This document shows, piece by piece, positions 27,218 through 41,521 of a stretch of 64,000 nucleotides of DNA (position 1 is the first letter of the stretch; each line of letters opens with the position of its first letter). The translations under genes were made by a program, and so were the position numbers. The notes beneath the pieces are model-generated. The model did not search any database. It saw nothing but the letters and a program-made list of their open reading frames with translations, and was not told the DNA's origin. Source of the stretch: Octopus vulgaris (taxonomy: Eukaryota); contig OX597824.1 of assembly GCA_951406725.2 (NCBI GenBank), forward strand, positions 9,486,001 through 9,550,000, given 5' to 3'.

Positions 27218-28509
27218 GTATATATGTAAGTATGTATGTATGCATGTATGTATGTATGTATGTATGTATGTATGTATGTATGTATGTATATGTAAAACAA
27301 GTTAGAAATAATGGTCATCCTATCTCTGCTTTCGTGCATTGGGTGTTCTAGCGCTATAATAGCAACGATGTGAGATAATGTAATGATTTCGTGAGTCTAG
27401 GCTTCTATAATATCATCTTATAACGGCCACCGAAACATGTGTAAAACGCTGCTAAAATTCTTTTCTTTCCCATTTTTTTTTCTTTGGGTAAAAAATACCC
27501 CGAATTCTCTTTGCAGGTTTCTCATTCTAATTATAAAGGAACACATAGCGTTCTAATCAGTGATTATATGTCACGCGTTTTGTGCATATACAGAAATTTA
27601 GGTACGTACATATATGTTTATATATATGCATACACATGTATGTATATATGTTTATATATGTTGATATATAAATACTTACATACATACATATATATATGTA
27701 TGTATGTATGTATGCATGCATGTATGTATGTACGTATGTATGTATATATTCCCTTTTTCGTCTTTTTTTCCTCACTTAACTTGTCTCTTCCTCTCTCTCT
27801 CATTCTTCATTCTCTCTCCCCCTCACCATTCTTCATGGTCTCCTCGCACCATTCCCCTTCTTCTCTCCCTTCCTCTTGCTCCTCCTCCCCCATTCCCGTC
27901 GTCCATCTGCGACGATACTTCCGTCGTAACTGCTATCCTGTCTTTTCTCGCCCGCCTTCTAAGGCTACTGGTCGACATTCCTGCTCTCTCGTCGTCCACT
28001 ATAATCCAGCGTTTGCAATACTTTTTTCGTCTGGCGTAAACAGCCCTTCTTATCTTGTTCTCCGTGTCCTGTCTCTTACTGTTATATATTTATTTTTCCA
28101 CTGTTTATATATATTTTTTTACTGTTTATATGTTTGTACTGTCGTTACCGTCTTGCTTTTTTTTACCATTTTTTACCCCTCTGCGAGATCCATATGGATG
28201 TCCACGACGAAGACGACGACGACGACGACGACGATAACGGTTACGACGACGATGATGACGACAATGATGATGATGGTGAGCGACTGAAGAAGGGGTTTTT
28301 TCGTTGTGCTAATTGTCCTGTACTCCTTTTTTTCTTGTCCTGTACTCCTTTTTTTCTTGTCCTGTTCCTTGGTTTGTGTCTATGTTTTTCGTCTCACTAT
28401 GTGTTCGACGTCTTTTTGGTGTCCTGTACACATATATGCGTGTATATGTACATGTAGAGGTAGGTACGTACATATATGTTTATATATATGCATATGTTCT
28501 ATTCTTTTA

Positions 28510-28553
<44 letters not shown>

Positions 28554-28652
28554 TATACATATATATATACACACATCCATACGATACGAATATGTATATA
28601 TATGTAAATATATATATATACATATATATGCATATATATATATTCATACGAT

Positions 28653-28700
<48 letters not shown>

Positions 28701-29517
28701 GTACATATGTATATAGGTGTGCGTGTGTGTGTATATGTGCATATACCAACAAAGTCATGGAGAGCTCATTTATCTAGGATACAATCTGCACAGTACCATT
28801 CTTAATATTGATACAACTGTAACTAAGCAGAGTTTAAAGTTGATGGAACTCTTGTGAAGAAGTAACTAACAAATAATTCGCTAAGCGCTATTACGGTAAA
28901 TTACGGCCAGAGAAACTGGGAAGCGAGAAGACCTGCAACGACGTACATTGAGATGTTGGACGTGACACGATCCTGTTTGCTGTGGACAACAAATAGATAT
29001 GTAATGGGAAGCAGGTTTCAGTGTTGGCTTGTTGTTAATTATGTCCGATGGAGATCCATATGGATGTCCACGACGAAGACGACGACGACGACGACGACGA
29101 TAACGATTACGACGACGATGATGACGACAATGATGATGATGGTGATGATAATGATGATAATTATGATGATAATAATCATCATCATCATTATTATCAGCAT
29201 CCTCATTGTCAACATCACCATCATTTCCATCATTATGTGGTGGTGATTGTGGTGGTGGTGGTTGTGGTGGTGGAGGTGGTGGTGGTGATGGTGGCAGTGG
29301 CGATGGTGGTGGTGGTGGTGGTGCTATATATAAGATCATGTTTCCTTACATTTATGGGTTCTCTCACCATTGGCGGTTATTGAATTCATGGTTGTGCCGA
29401 TAATATTATGTTCAAACACATATGGAGACACACAGACACACGCACACACACACACACACACACACAAACAAATATATATACTTACGTAAGTACATACATA
29501 CGCACATACACACACAC

Positions 29518-29560
<43 letters not shown>

Positions 29561-29654
29561 CATACATACATACATACATACATACATACATACATACATA
29601 CATACATACATACATACATACACAAAGAAATACAGAATATGTATGCGGGTATTG

Positions 29655-30032
29655 CTTTCTTTTACTTGTTTCGGTCATTTGACTGCGTCCATGCTGGAGC
29701 ACCGTCTTTAGTCGAGCAAATCGACCCCGGGACTTAATCTTTGTAAGCCTAGTACTTATTCTATCGATCTCTTTTGCCGAACCGCTAAGTGACGGGGACG
29801 TACACACACCAGCATCGGTTGTCAAGCGATGTTAGGGGACAAACACAGACACACAAACATATATATATATACATATATACGGCAGGCTTCTTTCAGTTTC
29901 CGTCTACCAAATCCACTCACAAGGCATTGGTCGGCCCGAGGCAATAGTAGAAGACACTTGCCCAAGATGCCACGCAGTGGGACTGAACCCGGAACCATGT
30001 GGTTGTTAAGTAAGCTTCTTACTACACAGCCA
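29655..30032 (-). mobile_element. SINE family 2
   Basis: Full copy. Confidence 0.87.
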
Positions 30033-30287
30033 ATGTATATATGTATGTATTTATGTATGTATGTATGCATGCAGATTTGTTTGGTTTCTATTATGTATGC
30101 ATTCTCATGCATATATTTGCATATCGAGACATGCTCATATATACTAAATTAATAAACCTCTGGAAAGTTTTACAGATCTTTATAGTTCCACTGATGGCTT
30201 TCTCCTTTCTCGTTTTGCGAAGCTTAATTAATCAAAATTGGTATTTAGGCAGTATGTTGTATATTCTAGTTCCTAAGTCTGTCTGTC

Positions 30288-30613
30288 TGTATGTATGTAT
30301 GTACGTATGTATGTACGTATGTATGTATGTATGTATGTATGTATGTATGTATGCATGCATGTATATATGTATGTATGTATGTGTGTGTGTATGTATGTAT
30401 GTATGTATGTATGTATGTATGTATGTATGTATGTACGTATGTATGTATGTATGTATGTATGTATGTATGTATGTATGCATGCATGCATGTATGTATGTAT
30501 GTATGTATGTATGTATGTATGTATGTATGTATGTATGTATGTATGTATGTACGTACGTATGTATGTATGTATGTTTGTATGTATGTATGTATGTATGTAT
30601 GTATGTATGTATG
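30288..30613. repeat. (TATG)n microsatellite
   Basis: Direct inspection. Confidence 0.98.
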
Positions 30614-31199
30614 TGTCTATTATGTTTGTATGCGTTTATGAGAGAGTAAACTTATCTGTAACAATCAGAAGCACATCTTAGCAAAAGTTTCCACTGACTC
30701 ACGTTGCAGATGAGGTTTGACAAAAGAATCAATCGCCTGGCACTCACTGACATCTTTTACATTTCAGAAACATCAACAAAATGACAGCTAGTTTAGGAGC
30801 AGAAACATCAGAATGGCCAAAGTGATGTGCAACGTATTTCCTACTTGGATTCAATGAATTTTCTGAACTTTAAAACCGAGGGGATGGATTTGGTTCCTCT
30901 CCTCCTACACGAAGCATCACCCCTTTCTCCCTCGACCTCTGTCTTTCTCTCTATTTCTCTCTTTCTATCTCTCTGTCTCTTTCTTCTTCGCGCTCGCTCC
31001 CTCTTTATAAGTATTTATCTATCTATCTATGTATCTCTCCCTCTATCTCTCTCAGACATACATACAGAAACACACACATAAATATACACGTACACACACA
31101 TATATATATATATACAGAGAGAGAGTGGAGGAGGGAGTTAGAAGGAGAGTGTCACACAGACCGACAAACAAACAAATAGCCATACAGACAGATAGATAA

Positions 31200-31267
<68 letters not shown>

Positions 31268-31578
31268 GTACATACAGGCATACATACATAGATATATTTA
31301 TGTGTGTCTGTGTGTGTGTGAGTGTATGTGTGAGAGAGAGAGAGAGAAAGAGAAAGAGCGCAAGAGAAAATTAGTGAAATAACTGCGTGTGTATTTGTGG
31401 GTGTGTCTATGTGTTTGTATCTCAATACAACGGCTATTACATATATAGATATACATTTATGCCCAACAGGTGGAATCTCATGCAAGCTCTCCACACAAAA
31501 ACACACGCACACATACACATAATCGTACACATGCATGCTTACAAAATGCTGCTATGCATGCTTATATATACATACACA

Positions 31579-31630
<52 letters not shown>

Positions 31631-31636
31631 CATATG

Positions 31637-31781
31637 TACAAGTAATAAGAGAAAGACCACATGTGGTCACTCTAACGCTAGAAATATATCCGCAAAGGCA
31701 ATCCACCACTAAAGAATTCCCTTTGCGGATCTATTTCTAGCATTAGAGTGACCACATGTGGTTTCTCCCTTATTACTTGTA
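31637..31781. repeat. Fold-back/MITE-like hairpin
   Basis: ~60-bp arms tacaagtaataagagaaagaccacatgtggtcactcta..ccgcaaagg / cctttgcgg..tagagtgaccacatgtggtttctcccttattacttgta. Confidence 0.85.
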
Positions 31782-32481
31782 TTAATAATTTTTACTGTAT
31801 CACAGTTATTTTTCGCTAGGCCACTCGGTGTTTTAAATTGATGTTATTAATTAATATTCAATTTTTTTCACCCTTATCGTGATTTATATACATATGTATA
31901 TATATATGTACATACATGAACGCTCACATGCATAAGTATGTATGTATGTATGTATGTATGTATGTATGTATGTATGTATGTATTTTTAGATGGACAGATG
32001 GACAGACAATAGACATAAAATCGTATCTGCAGCTATTATTGTTATTAGGAAATATAAAGGTTAATATACAAATAGACTCATATATGTGCAGGAAGTCAAA
32101 AAGCATATCTATGACGGCGACACGAGCCTGACAAAACCTAGACACCATTCCCTGATGTCACACCTTATCGTTTTAAAATAGATGCAATGGTCATGGCTGA
32201 AGTGCCTTTGCAAGCTGATCTGATGGCTTGAATTGGATCCGGACATGAACGACCACAACTACAAGAACACAAACAGCGACGATTCGACATAACTACTCAC
32301 AGAAATGAACACATGTGAAGGGAAACATGTAAGCGTATACGCAGTGTAAGATGGTAGACATTTATGACAATGGATGTCTGCATATACATGTTCATACAAC
32401 CACACATACATATTTATATCTATATAGGTACAGGCTTATAGATATATGTATATAGATAGATAGAAGTATACGTACATATTT

Positions 32482-32522
<41 letters not shown>

Positions 32523-32634
32523 CATGCATACATATATGTGTGTGACTATGCATATATCTATAAATGTCTCTATCTGTCTACCTATCTATTACATACATAC
32601 GCACACACACACATATACACATGCGTACATTCAC

Positions 32635-32671
<37 letters not shown>

Positions 32672-32715
32672 CACACATATATATATATGTATATATATAT
32701 GTATATATATATACG

Positions 32716-32757
<42 letters not shown>

Positions 32758-33176
32758 CATATATATATATATATGTATATATATATGTATGTATGTATAT
32801 ATATATACATACATACATATATACATACATACATGCATACATATATATATGCATACATTCATATATAAACATATGAGCGTATGTGTGTGTCTGTCTGTCT
32901 ATTTTTTGTCTGTGTGCCTATACACACACGCATACATACAAACATGCATACATATATATATATACACATACAGATACACACGTGACTCTGAGTGGGTGTA
33001 CGCTTAGGCTTACATCAAAGCACAAAATCATGTGCACTTTTATAATTAAACATGAATAAAACATGGGAGACAGACGACAGCACTTACCTCGCGCCTTCGC
33101 AGTCACTCCCAACCTCATCACACACAAACACATCCCTGGGCACTATTTTCTTATAAGCAACCTCGCACACATACAC

Positions 33177-33286
<110 letters not shown>

Positions 33287-33597
33287 TTATATATTTATAT
33301 ATTTATATATAGCAGTCACATGAGCAATCATACTTGAAACGTCATGAACAAAATGCAAACACGCGTTAGGATAAGAGAACAAACATTCAATTACATTATG
33401 TGTAAAGCATTGTTGGGCTGCATGTCGTGCGCGTACAAACTGTCATTTTATTTGCATTGGATATGCCGTTATGTCGTTTTTCTCTCTCTCTATTAAACAT
33501 AACTAGGATTTATTTGTCAGTTAACTGTTGCTCTGCTTCTTTACTTTAGACAGTAATGCCAACTGGCTGACGGCTTCCATATATATGTGTGCATATG

Positions 33598-33640
<43 letters not shown>

Positions 33641-33646
33641 ATATAC

Positions 33647-33685
<39 letters not shown>

Positions 33686-33698
33686 TATAGATAGATAG

Positions 33699-33762
<64 letters not shown>

Positions 33763-33767
33763 GTATG

Positions 33768-33798
<31 letters not shown>

Positions 33799-33937
33799 AT
33801 CTCTCTGTACTTATACGATATATATATGTATGTATATATACATATATATATATATCTTTATATATAGATATGCATATACATATATACATACATATACAAA
33901 TATAGGTATATATATATATGTATATATATACACACAT

Positions 33938-33981
<44 letters not shown>

Positions 33982-34074
33982 AAACAAATCTATATTAATA
34001 AGGGAAGATGAGCTATAGACAATAGATAGATAGGTAAATAGATAGATAGATAGGTAGATAGATAGATAAATAGG

Positions 34075-34194
<120 letters not shown>

Positions 34195-34589
34195 CAGACA
34201 GACAAATAGAAATCAAAAGAATGCATTTATATACTCATGATTGAACGAGGAGGTAAATAAATAATATTTGGAGTCAGGCAAACGAAATCATGGTGATGAA
34301 AAGCGTAAAGATATAAAGCAATAAAGAAAAATCAAAGAAATGCTCACAGAAGACAGAAACAGAAAATGTCCCTTCGAGGGACATTTTTTTTTTTTTATGA
34401 AAGTGCAGAAAAATATAAAGAGAGCCAAAATTTATATTCCTGTGTCAATGCAGAAGAAATGGCTGGTAATTCACGGATTGATGGCAGCAACTATCATTTT
34501 ACCTAGGTAAATATACACATGTGTGTGAATGTGTGCTGACACATCTACATGCGCTCTAACACACACATACACACACACACTCACACTTA

Positions 34590-35031
34590 GAGGACAAACA
34601 AGGACAAAGAGATTAAGTCGATTATATCGACCCCAGTACGTAACTGGTACTTATTTAATCGACTCCGAAAGGATGAAAGGCAAAGTCGACCTCGGCGGAA
34701 TTTGAACTCAGAACGTAACGGCAAACGAAATACAGCCAAGCATTTCGCCCGGCGTGCTAATGTTTCTGCCAGCTCGCCGCCTTAACGAAATACCTATATC
34801 TCTTTCTTTACTACTCACAAGGGGCTAAACACAGAGGGGACAATCAAGGAGAGACAAACGGATTAAGTCGATTATATCGACCCTAGTGCGAAACTGGTAC
34901 TTATTTAATCGACCCTGAAAGGATGAAAGGCAAAATCGACCTCGGCGGAATTTTAACTCAGAACGTAACAGCAGACGAAATACCTCTAAGCATTTCGCCT
35001 GGCATGCTAACGTTTCTGCCAGCCCACCATC
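34590..35031 (-). mobile_element. Two adjacent SINE family 1 copies
   Basis: Reverse complement of the family 1 sequence occurs twice. Confidence 0.88.
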
Positions 35032-36365
35032 TTCACCACAGTTCAAATAATCTGGGTTAAATAGGTCTCTATTAGCACACTCCATGACAGTATGATGATA
35101 TAGAGTGTCAAAGATTAAAACGCCGTTAAACAGAGGAAAATAGTAGAGGAGGACAGTTTTACTAGAAAATTCGAACGTCTAACACGGTTGGAGGTTTGCA
35201 CATCTGCGCTGTTTTAACTATATTCACCGATACAAGACTGTATTACTGTTGGATGAATTATTCAGGCATATCGCAAGTTCTCGGCGATACACCGTGTGTC
35301 GTTCATTGTCGCCATACATCATCAGCTTCTGTTTAATTGTCGGAAGTTTTTATATTAATTATTAAAGCTCCGCGACGGGAACCATTGCTGTTCTTTTCAC
35401 ATATGAACTCCTCAACGTTTAGAATTTTTGATATGTTGTGTGCTACGGCTAGTATTATTAATAAGCAGTGTAAATACATGTGGACTTGGATTATATTTTT
35501 CTAAAGACGGCAAATTCCGTTGTAAACAACGAGTTTTTTTGGGGTGGGGTTTGTCATTTTAATAATGTATGATCAAGCATTCATTTCATTGTACATACAG
35601 CCATATGTGTATACAGACATGTGTCTTTACGTATGTATGCACGTGTATATATACACAATCACTCGCACAAATACGCTTACGCGTGTGTATGTATATGTGT
35701 GTGTAAGCATTTATATGCATATAAAAACAGAGTGAGCTAGAAAGAAAATGGAGGAAAACGGAGGAGATATTGCAGTGTGTATTTATGTGGGTGAGAGTGT
35801 GCGTACGTCTTTATACCTTTGTGGTTTTAGACATGAATCTCTGTTTACTGTCGTAATATATTCACCCATCCGTACACACACACACAAACACACGTATCTC
35901 TCTCTATACGATTGTGTGCGTGTATACGCGTGTGTGTGAGAGAGAGAGAGGAAGGAATTATGTGTTTGTTTGTGTGTGTACTAGCATTAGCGATCGCTTT
36001 GTATATGGGTTTATAACATTTTTTTCTTACTCTAGTAGGAGTTTATTAGCAAAGTTTATTGAAATAATTAAGATGATTTTAATTTAAATTTGCTGTGCAA
36101 GGGAATTATAATTTCCATTTACTTTTTTTTTTTCTTTTTTAGTAATAATTGATTTTCAAAATACATTTATTTTGCGCATTTAAGAAAATGGTTTTAATGA
36201 GAATTGGAATATTGAAAAGGAGGATTTATGTGGTTTGAAATACCTGATTAAATATTATGTAGGGCTGTACTTTTGTTATTTTTCACGAATTTTCTGTTCT
36301 TGTTCAAACTATCGAAGTTTTGGAGGTGTTTCATACATGTATGTGTGCCTGTGTGTACGAATATA

Positions 36366-36405
<40 letters not shown>

Positions 36406-36702
36406 TAGATGTATCTACGTAGCTATATGTGTGTGTGTATGGGAGAATGTATACGCATGTATATATATATATGTATATATATATATATAATATATAAATA
36501 TATAGAGAGAGAAAGAGAGACAGAGACAGAGACAGAGATAAATACACACACACAGACACACACGTATATATATATATATACATATCATGTACATATATAC
36601 ATATATACATACATACATACACACACACATATATATATATATATATATGTGTGTATGTATGTATGTATGTATGTGTATATATATATATATACACATACAT
36701 AC

Positions 36703-36771
<69 letters not shown>

Positions 36772-38348
36772 CATATATATCAACACATGAATAAGGGCAT
36801 ATTAAATATATGAAATATCCTAAGCTTCCAGAGAAGGTAGAAGAATCGCTGGTTGGCAAATGGAATGAAATTTTATATGAGAAGGCGGGCGTAATTTCAT
36901 AAATTAAGATTTCTTCAAAATTGATATCCCATTATCTGATTGTCTGGAAACAAGTGGACAATGGCGGGCAAGTGTTTCTACCTCAATAGCAGTCATCAGC
37001 ACAGCAGTTGACCTACCTTATAAGGCATATTTGTAGAAAAAAAATTAGAATAAACCAAATCTTTATGCCGACAATTATTTGCAAGCAACATATTTTTATT
37101 TTAAAAGGATATATTATATTGTAAATGAAGCATACGTTCAATTTATATCCAGGCTATTTTTTTCAATAAGATGTAAATATTATTTAAAGAAAAGAAACGT
37201 TCAGAGAGATGAAAAGTTCATTTATATCTAAGATTACACGCAAACCCTTGAAGATAATCCGAAATGTCACTATTTGCGTAATCCAACACAATACCGTTCT
37301 TTTAACGCTCTTTACTTATACGGGTGCACTCCATTGTAAAATAACTTCTCGAACCTCAACAAAATGCTGCTCATTACGACTAGCCTCCAACACACAAGAA
37401 GCATTTCAATGTGATCTAACGATGGAGTTATATAATTTCTATGCCAGGCTTCGTTATGATTATTTGTGCAATTTTCTTCTTGAACAATTATATTGTACAT
37501 ATTCCATGGAATAGGACTGAATAACGGGTGACCAATTGTTTACGGCACCCGATTTCAAGGACGTTGACTTTCTCGAAATATCACATTTTGGAAACATTTT
37601 CTTTCAGCTTTTGGAAGGTTTCCGGGAGCTGATCTTGTAGAACAAATGTAATCGTATTCACATTACCGTAACATTGGAAAAATGTCTTCATTGCTATTCT
37701 GCCGAATGACAAGCTCATTGTTCTCGTTTTCTTCCTAAAATGATTCAGAAAGGTGAAAGAAATAAACGTAGACAGGAATGCTAGTATCCAACACAGGGAT
37801 AAAAGAGTTGTTTACAACCAACTCAGTATCAGTTATATTACAATCTAGATTACGGTTAGCGAAAATTTCAACAAAGGTTTCCGAGGCGAATTGGCAGAGT
37901 TATTACAATGTCGGAGAAAATGATTCGCGTTACGTGTTCAGATACTCTGCGCCCTCAGTTCAAACTCCACCGATATCAATTTTGCCTTTGATCGTTTCAG
38001 AATAAATAAAAATAATTCCAAAGCACTTCAGAATGAAGGCTTTTGCGATTGCCTTCATAGGTTATATACTTTATCCATGGCCGAGTTTAAAACTACCACC
38101 TAGCATTTGGGTGCCTTTAGCGGAATCGATTCAGTCGCAAGCGTTCGTGTCAGGTTTCCGAAGTGAACATACTGTAATCCTTTCTTCCAACCAGTCTTGG
38201 AGACCCTATTTCCTTCGTTATTAAAAATAATTTTAAAAGATAATGCAGTATATTTCTACATTTTTCCAGGCGTAAACTTGCAGAATAAAGACTTCAATAG
38301 TCAATAGAAACTGCAACGACTGGTTTACAACAGCGAGAACTAATACAT

Positions 38349-38402
<54 letters not shown>

Positions 38403-38449
38403 GCACACGCACACACACATACACACACACACGCCCACACACATATACA

Positions 38450-39310
38450 CAGGGTGCATAAGATATTTGAGGAGAGATTTATGTTTATAAGAAAAAACAT
38501 ATATAGTAACAGATATGAAAAAATGCTATGAGGATAAAAATAAAGCCACCATCAGCTTCAACAACTGCTTTTGTATGAGATCTAAATCATCTACGTGCTC
38601 GAATCAAGTGGTCTTGGTTCATTTTGGACATTGCTCTGACTATGGCAGCATTCAAATAATAGTTGTTGTTATGGGCGTTTACATTGACCTCTCTCTCGAC
38701 AACGTTCCACATGTAATAGTGAAATGGATTGAGATCTGGCGAATTAAGAGGCTAAATGTTAGGGATTATGTGATCATGAAAATTTTCAGCCATCCATTCC
38801 TGTGTTACTAGAGCCATGTGTGATTGTGTACAGTCATACTGAACACACAAGGCCTTCTAGTGCATACACTATGTATACATGACTTAACAATTGTTTGCAG
38901 GACCTCAATGTGGGCGGCAGAGTTAACTCTAAGGCCTTGTGGAAATAAGTAAGGTGGCATCACATGCCCATCATTGCTGACAACCCCTAAAACCATGATA
39001 GTTTCAGGAAATTTTGTATGCATGACACTTGGAACTTCAGAAGGTTTTGCTCATAGCCATCTGTCAGTTCTTTTGTTAACTTTTTGATCTTGGTCGAAGT
39101 GTTTCTCGTTTGAGAAAAAATTCTACTGGACTTTTCAGTATGTTTAAGAACCTTTTAGATCTAATGTAATGATTTTCGTTTGCTTTTTCTGACAAATTAC
39201 CTTTCCTCATCATACAATACTTGTATGTGATGTCTTCGTGGATAACATTTCTGATTGTTCCTACTGACACATGGAGATCCTTTGCAATTGACCTGATGGA
39301 CATGGTGGGA
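38450..39310 (-). mobile_element. Tc1/mariner-superfamily (maT/DD37D-like) transposase fossil
   Basis: SIRSIAKDLHVS..TIRNVIHED, TKFP..MVLGVVSNDGHVMPP..GLRVN, NSPDLNP..YYMW and AVVEADGG. Terminus is cagggtg. Confidence 0.82.
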
Positions 39311-39779
39311 TTGTAATATAACTGAGTTGTAAATAACTCTTTTATTCCTGTGTTGGATGCTAGCATTCCTGTCTACGTTTATTTCTTTCACCTTTCTGAA
39401 TCATTTTAGGAAGAAAACGAGAACAATGAGCTTGTCATTCGGCAGAATAGCAACGAAGACATTTTTCCTATGTTACGGTAATGTGAATACGATTACATTT
39501 GTTCTACAAGATCAGCTCCCGGAAACCTTCCATAAGCTGAAAGAAAATTTTCCAAATATGATATTTCGAGAAAGTCGATGTCCTTGAAATCAGGTGCCGT
39601 AAACAATTGGTCACCCGTTATTCAGTCCTATTCCATGGAATATGTACAATATAATTGTTGAAGAAGAAAATTGCACAAATAATCATAACGAAGCCTGGCA
39701 TAGAAATTATATAAATCCATCGTTAGATCACATTGAAATGCTTCTTGTGTGTTGGAGGCTAGTCGTAATGAGCAGCATT
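39309..39779 (+). mobile_element. Segment containing MULE-like transposase remnant; inverted copy at 37363-37845
   Basis: LFSPIPWNMYN....CTNNHNEAWHR resembles the W..Y....RTNN..E.WH motif of Mutator-like transposases. Confidence 0.6.
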
Positions 39780-40281
39780 ACAATCTGTTGAACCTGCTGG
39801 ATAAATTCAAATGTTCCGATGATTTCATAGCGTTTAGAATACTTTTTTATGGTTTGATACTGGTGATACGTTTCCATCTTCAATCGTCTCTATCTCCTTA
39901 CAAACTTTGTAGACGAAAGATCTGGCAACATTTTAAAATCTAGATATTTCTAAAACGCTATGCTCAGCCTTTATAACCACAATAACAGCATGCCTCTTCA
40001 TTTCTTAAGTAAGCTGAGGGACTGCTATTATTATTTTCTGAAACAAAGATTATACAGTGATAGCAAAAAATGCGCCAATGACCCAAAAATGTATGTCCTC
40101 AAATACCTTACGCATTCTGTATATAATATATTATATTAATTTACTTTAATACCTTTTTGTTTTAATGACACACTGTGCTACAGGATACATCTAGAAACGT
40201 TAGCCATCTTTATATATAATAGACAGAGATAAACATTTTTGTTTGTACGCAATATTTTCGTGAAATAGTTTCTCTCCCCTA

Positions 40282-41010
40282 TTACGAGCACGGTCTGAAA
40301 CGTTCATAGGTTGACCATGAAAGAGTGAGACTAGAGCTGTGAAATTCTGCATGCGTTAATTTCAAATCGTCTATTTAACAACTGCATTGTTGCTTTTCAG
40401 GAAAACTGACATTTGACTCATCAAACAGGATTTCAAAAGTAACTAGTGGTGATTTCTCTTGAAAATGACAAAATTTGGTATCGTGATATTATCAAGTTCC
40501 TGCAGAAAAACGTTTAGCTCTGAAGGTCAATCTTACATTCATACTAAATTATGGGATAGCGCTCCAGATTTATCAACAGTGCACAAGTGGGCGGCTTAAT
40601 TTAGGAGGAGAAGGGTGATTGTTGGAGATAACATCTAGACATCCTGCAACCGCCACCACTGAAAATAAAACATTTATTGGGTTCACTAATGGTGACGGAC
40701 GACAAACGATTGACTATAAATCAAATAGATAATGATGTTAGCATATCTAGTGAGTGAGTTGAGAATATTCTGTACCTTGAACTTGACATGACGAAGGATT
40801 CTGCACGGTAGGTACCATGTCTTCTGACACCTGAACAGAAGCGCACAAGGCTGATCACAATTTGGGAAAATCTGACGTTGCTTGAAGTAGACCCAGGCTG
40901 GTTTCTCCAAACGTTTTCTAACCCAGGGTAAGTGTTGGCTTGATTACTTTGAGCCAGAAACAAATTGACAATCCATGCAGTGGAACAACCCCACCTTACT
41001 TGATCCAAAG
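40282..41010 (+). mobile_element. mariner 5' fragment (degenerate)
   Basis: TIR-like start tacgagcacggtctgaaacgttcatagg. Broken frames give YR..IKFL, STVHKWAA and SAR.VP.LLTPEQK. Confidence 0.75.
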
Positions 41011-41029
41011 AAGATCAAGAAATTTCAGG

Positions 41030-41521
41030 AGACGGGTAGGTCGATAACATCGACCCTAGTGTTTAACTGGAACTTAGTTTATCGACCTCGAAAGCTTGAA
41101 AGTCAAAGTCAACCTCACCGGAATTTGAACTCAGAACGTAACCACATACGAAATGCTGGTAAGCACTATTTCCGACGTGCTAACGATTCTGCCGGCCCGC
41201 CGCCTTAGTCTCGAACCAATATATTATTCCTCATTAACAACTATTTCTCATTAAATGTATTCAAATAAACAAAATGATAATGGTTTCTTATTTCTTTATT
41301 GCCCACAAGGGGCTAAACACAGAGAGGACAAACACGGACAGACAAACGGATTAAGTCGATTATATCGACCCCAGTGCGAAACTGGTACTTAATTTATCGA
41401 TCCCAAAAGGATGAAAGGTAAAGTCGACCTCGGCGGAATTTGAACTCAGAACGTAACGGCAGACGAAATACTGCTAAGCATCTCGCCCTACGTGCTAACG
41501 ATTCTGCCAGCTCGCTGCCTT
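41030..41521 (-). mobile_element. Two SINE family 1 copies (41030-41205 old; 41288-41521 young)
   Basis: Family 1 homology. The younger copy is flanked by aatgat(a/t)atggttt. Confidence 0.85.

Noticed and set aside
28881-29403. Pro/His/Asp-rich protein ORFs
   Set aside because: Compound GAC/GAT/CAT/GGT trinucleotide repeats are open in several frames, with no splice or domain evidence.
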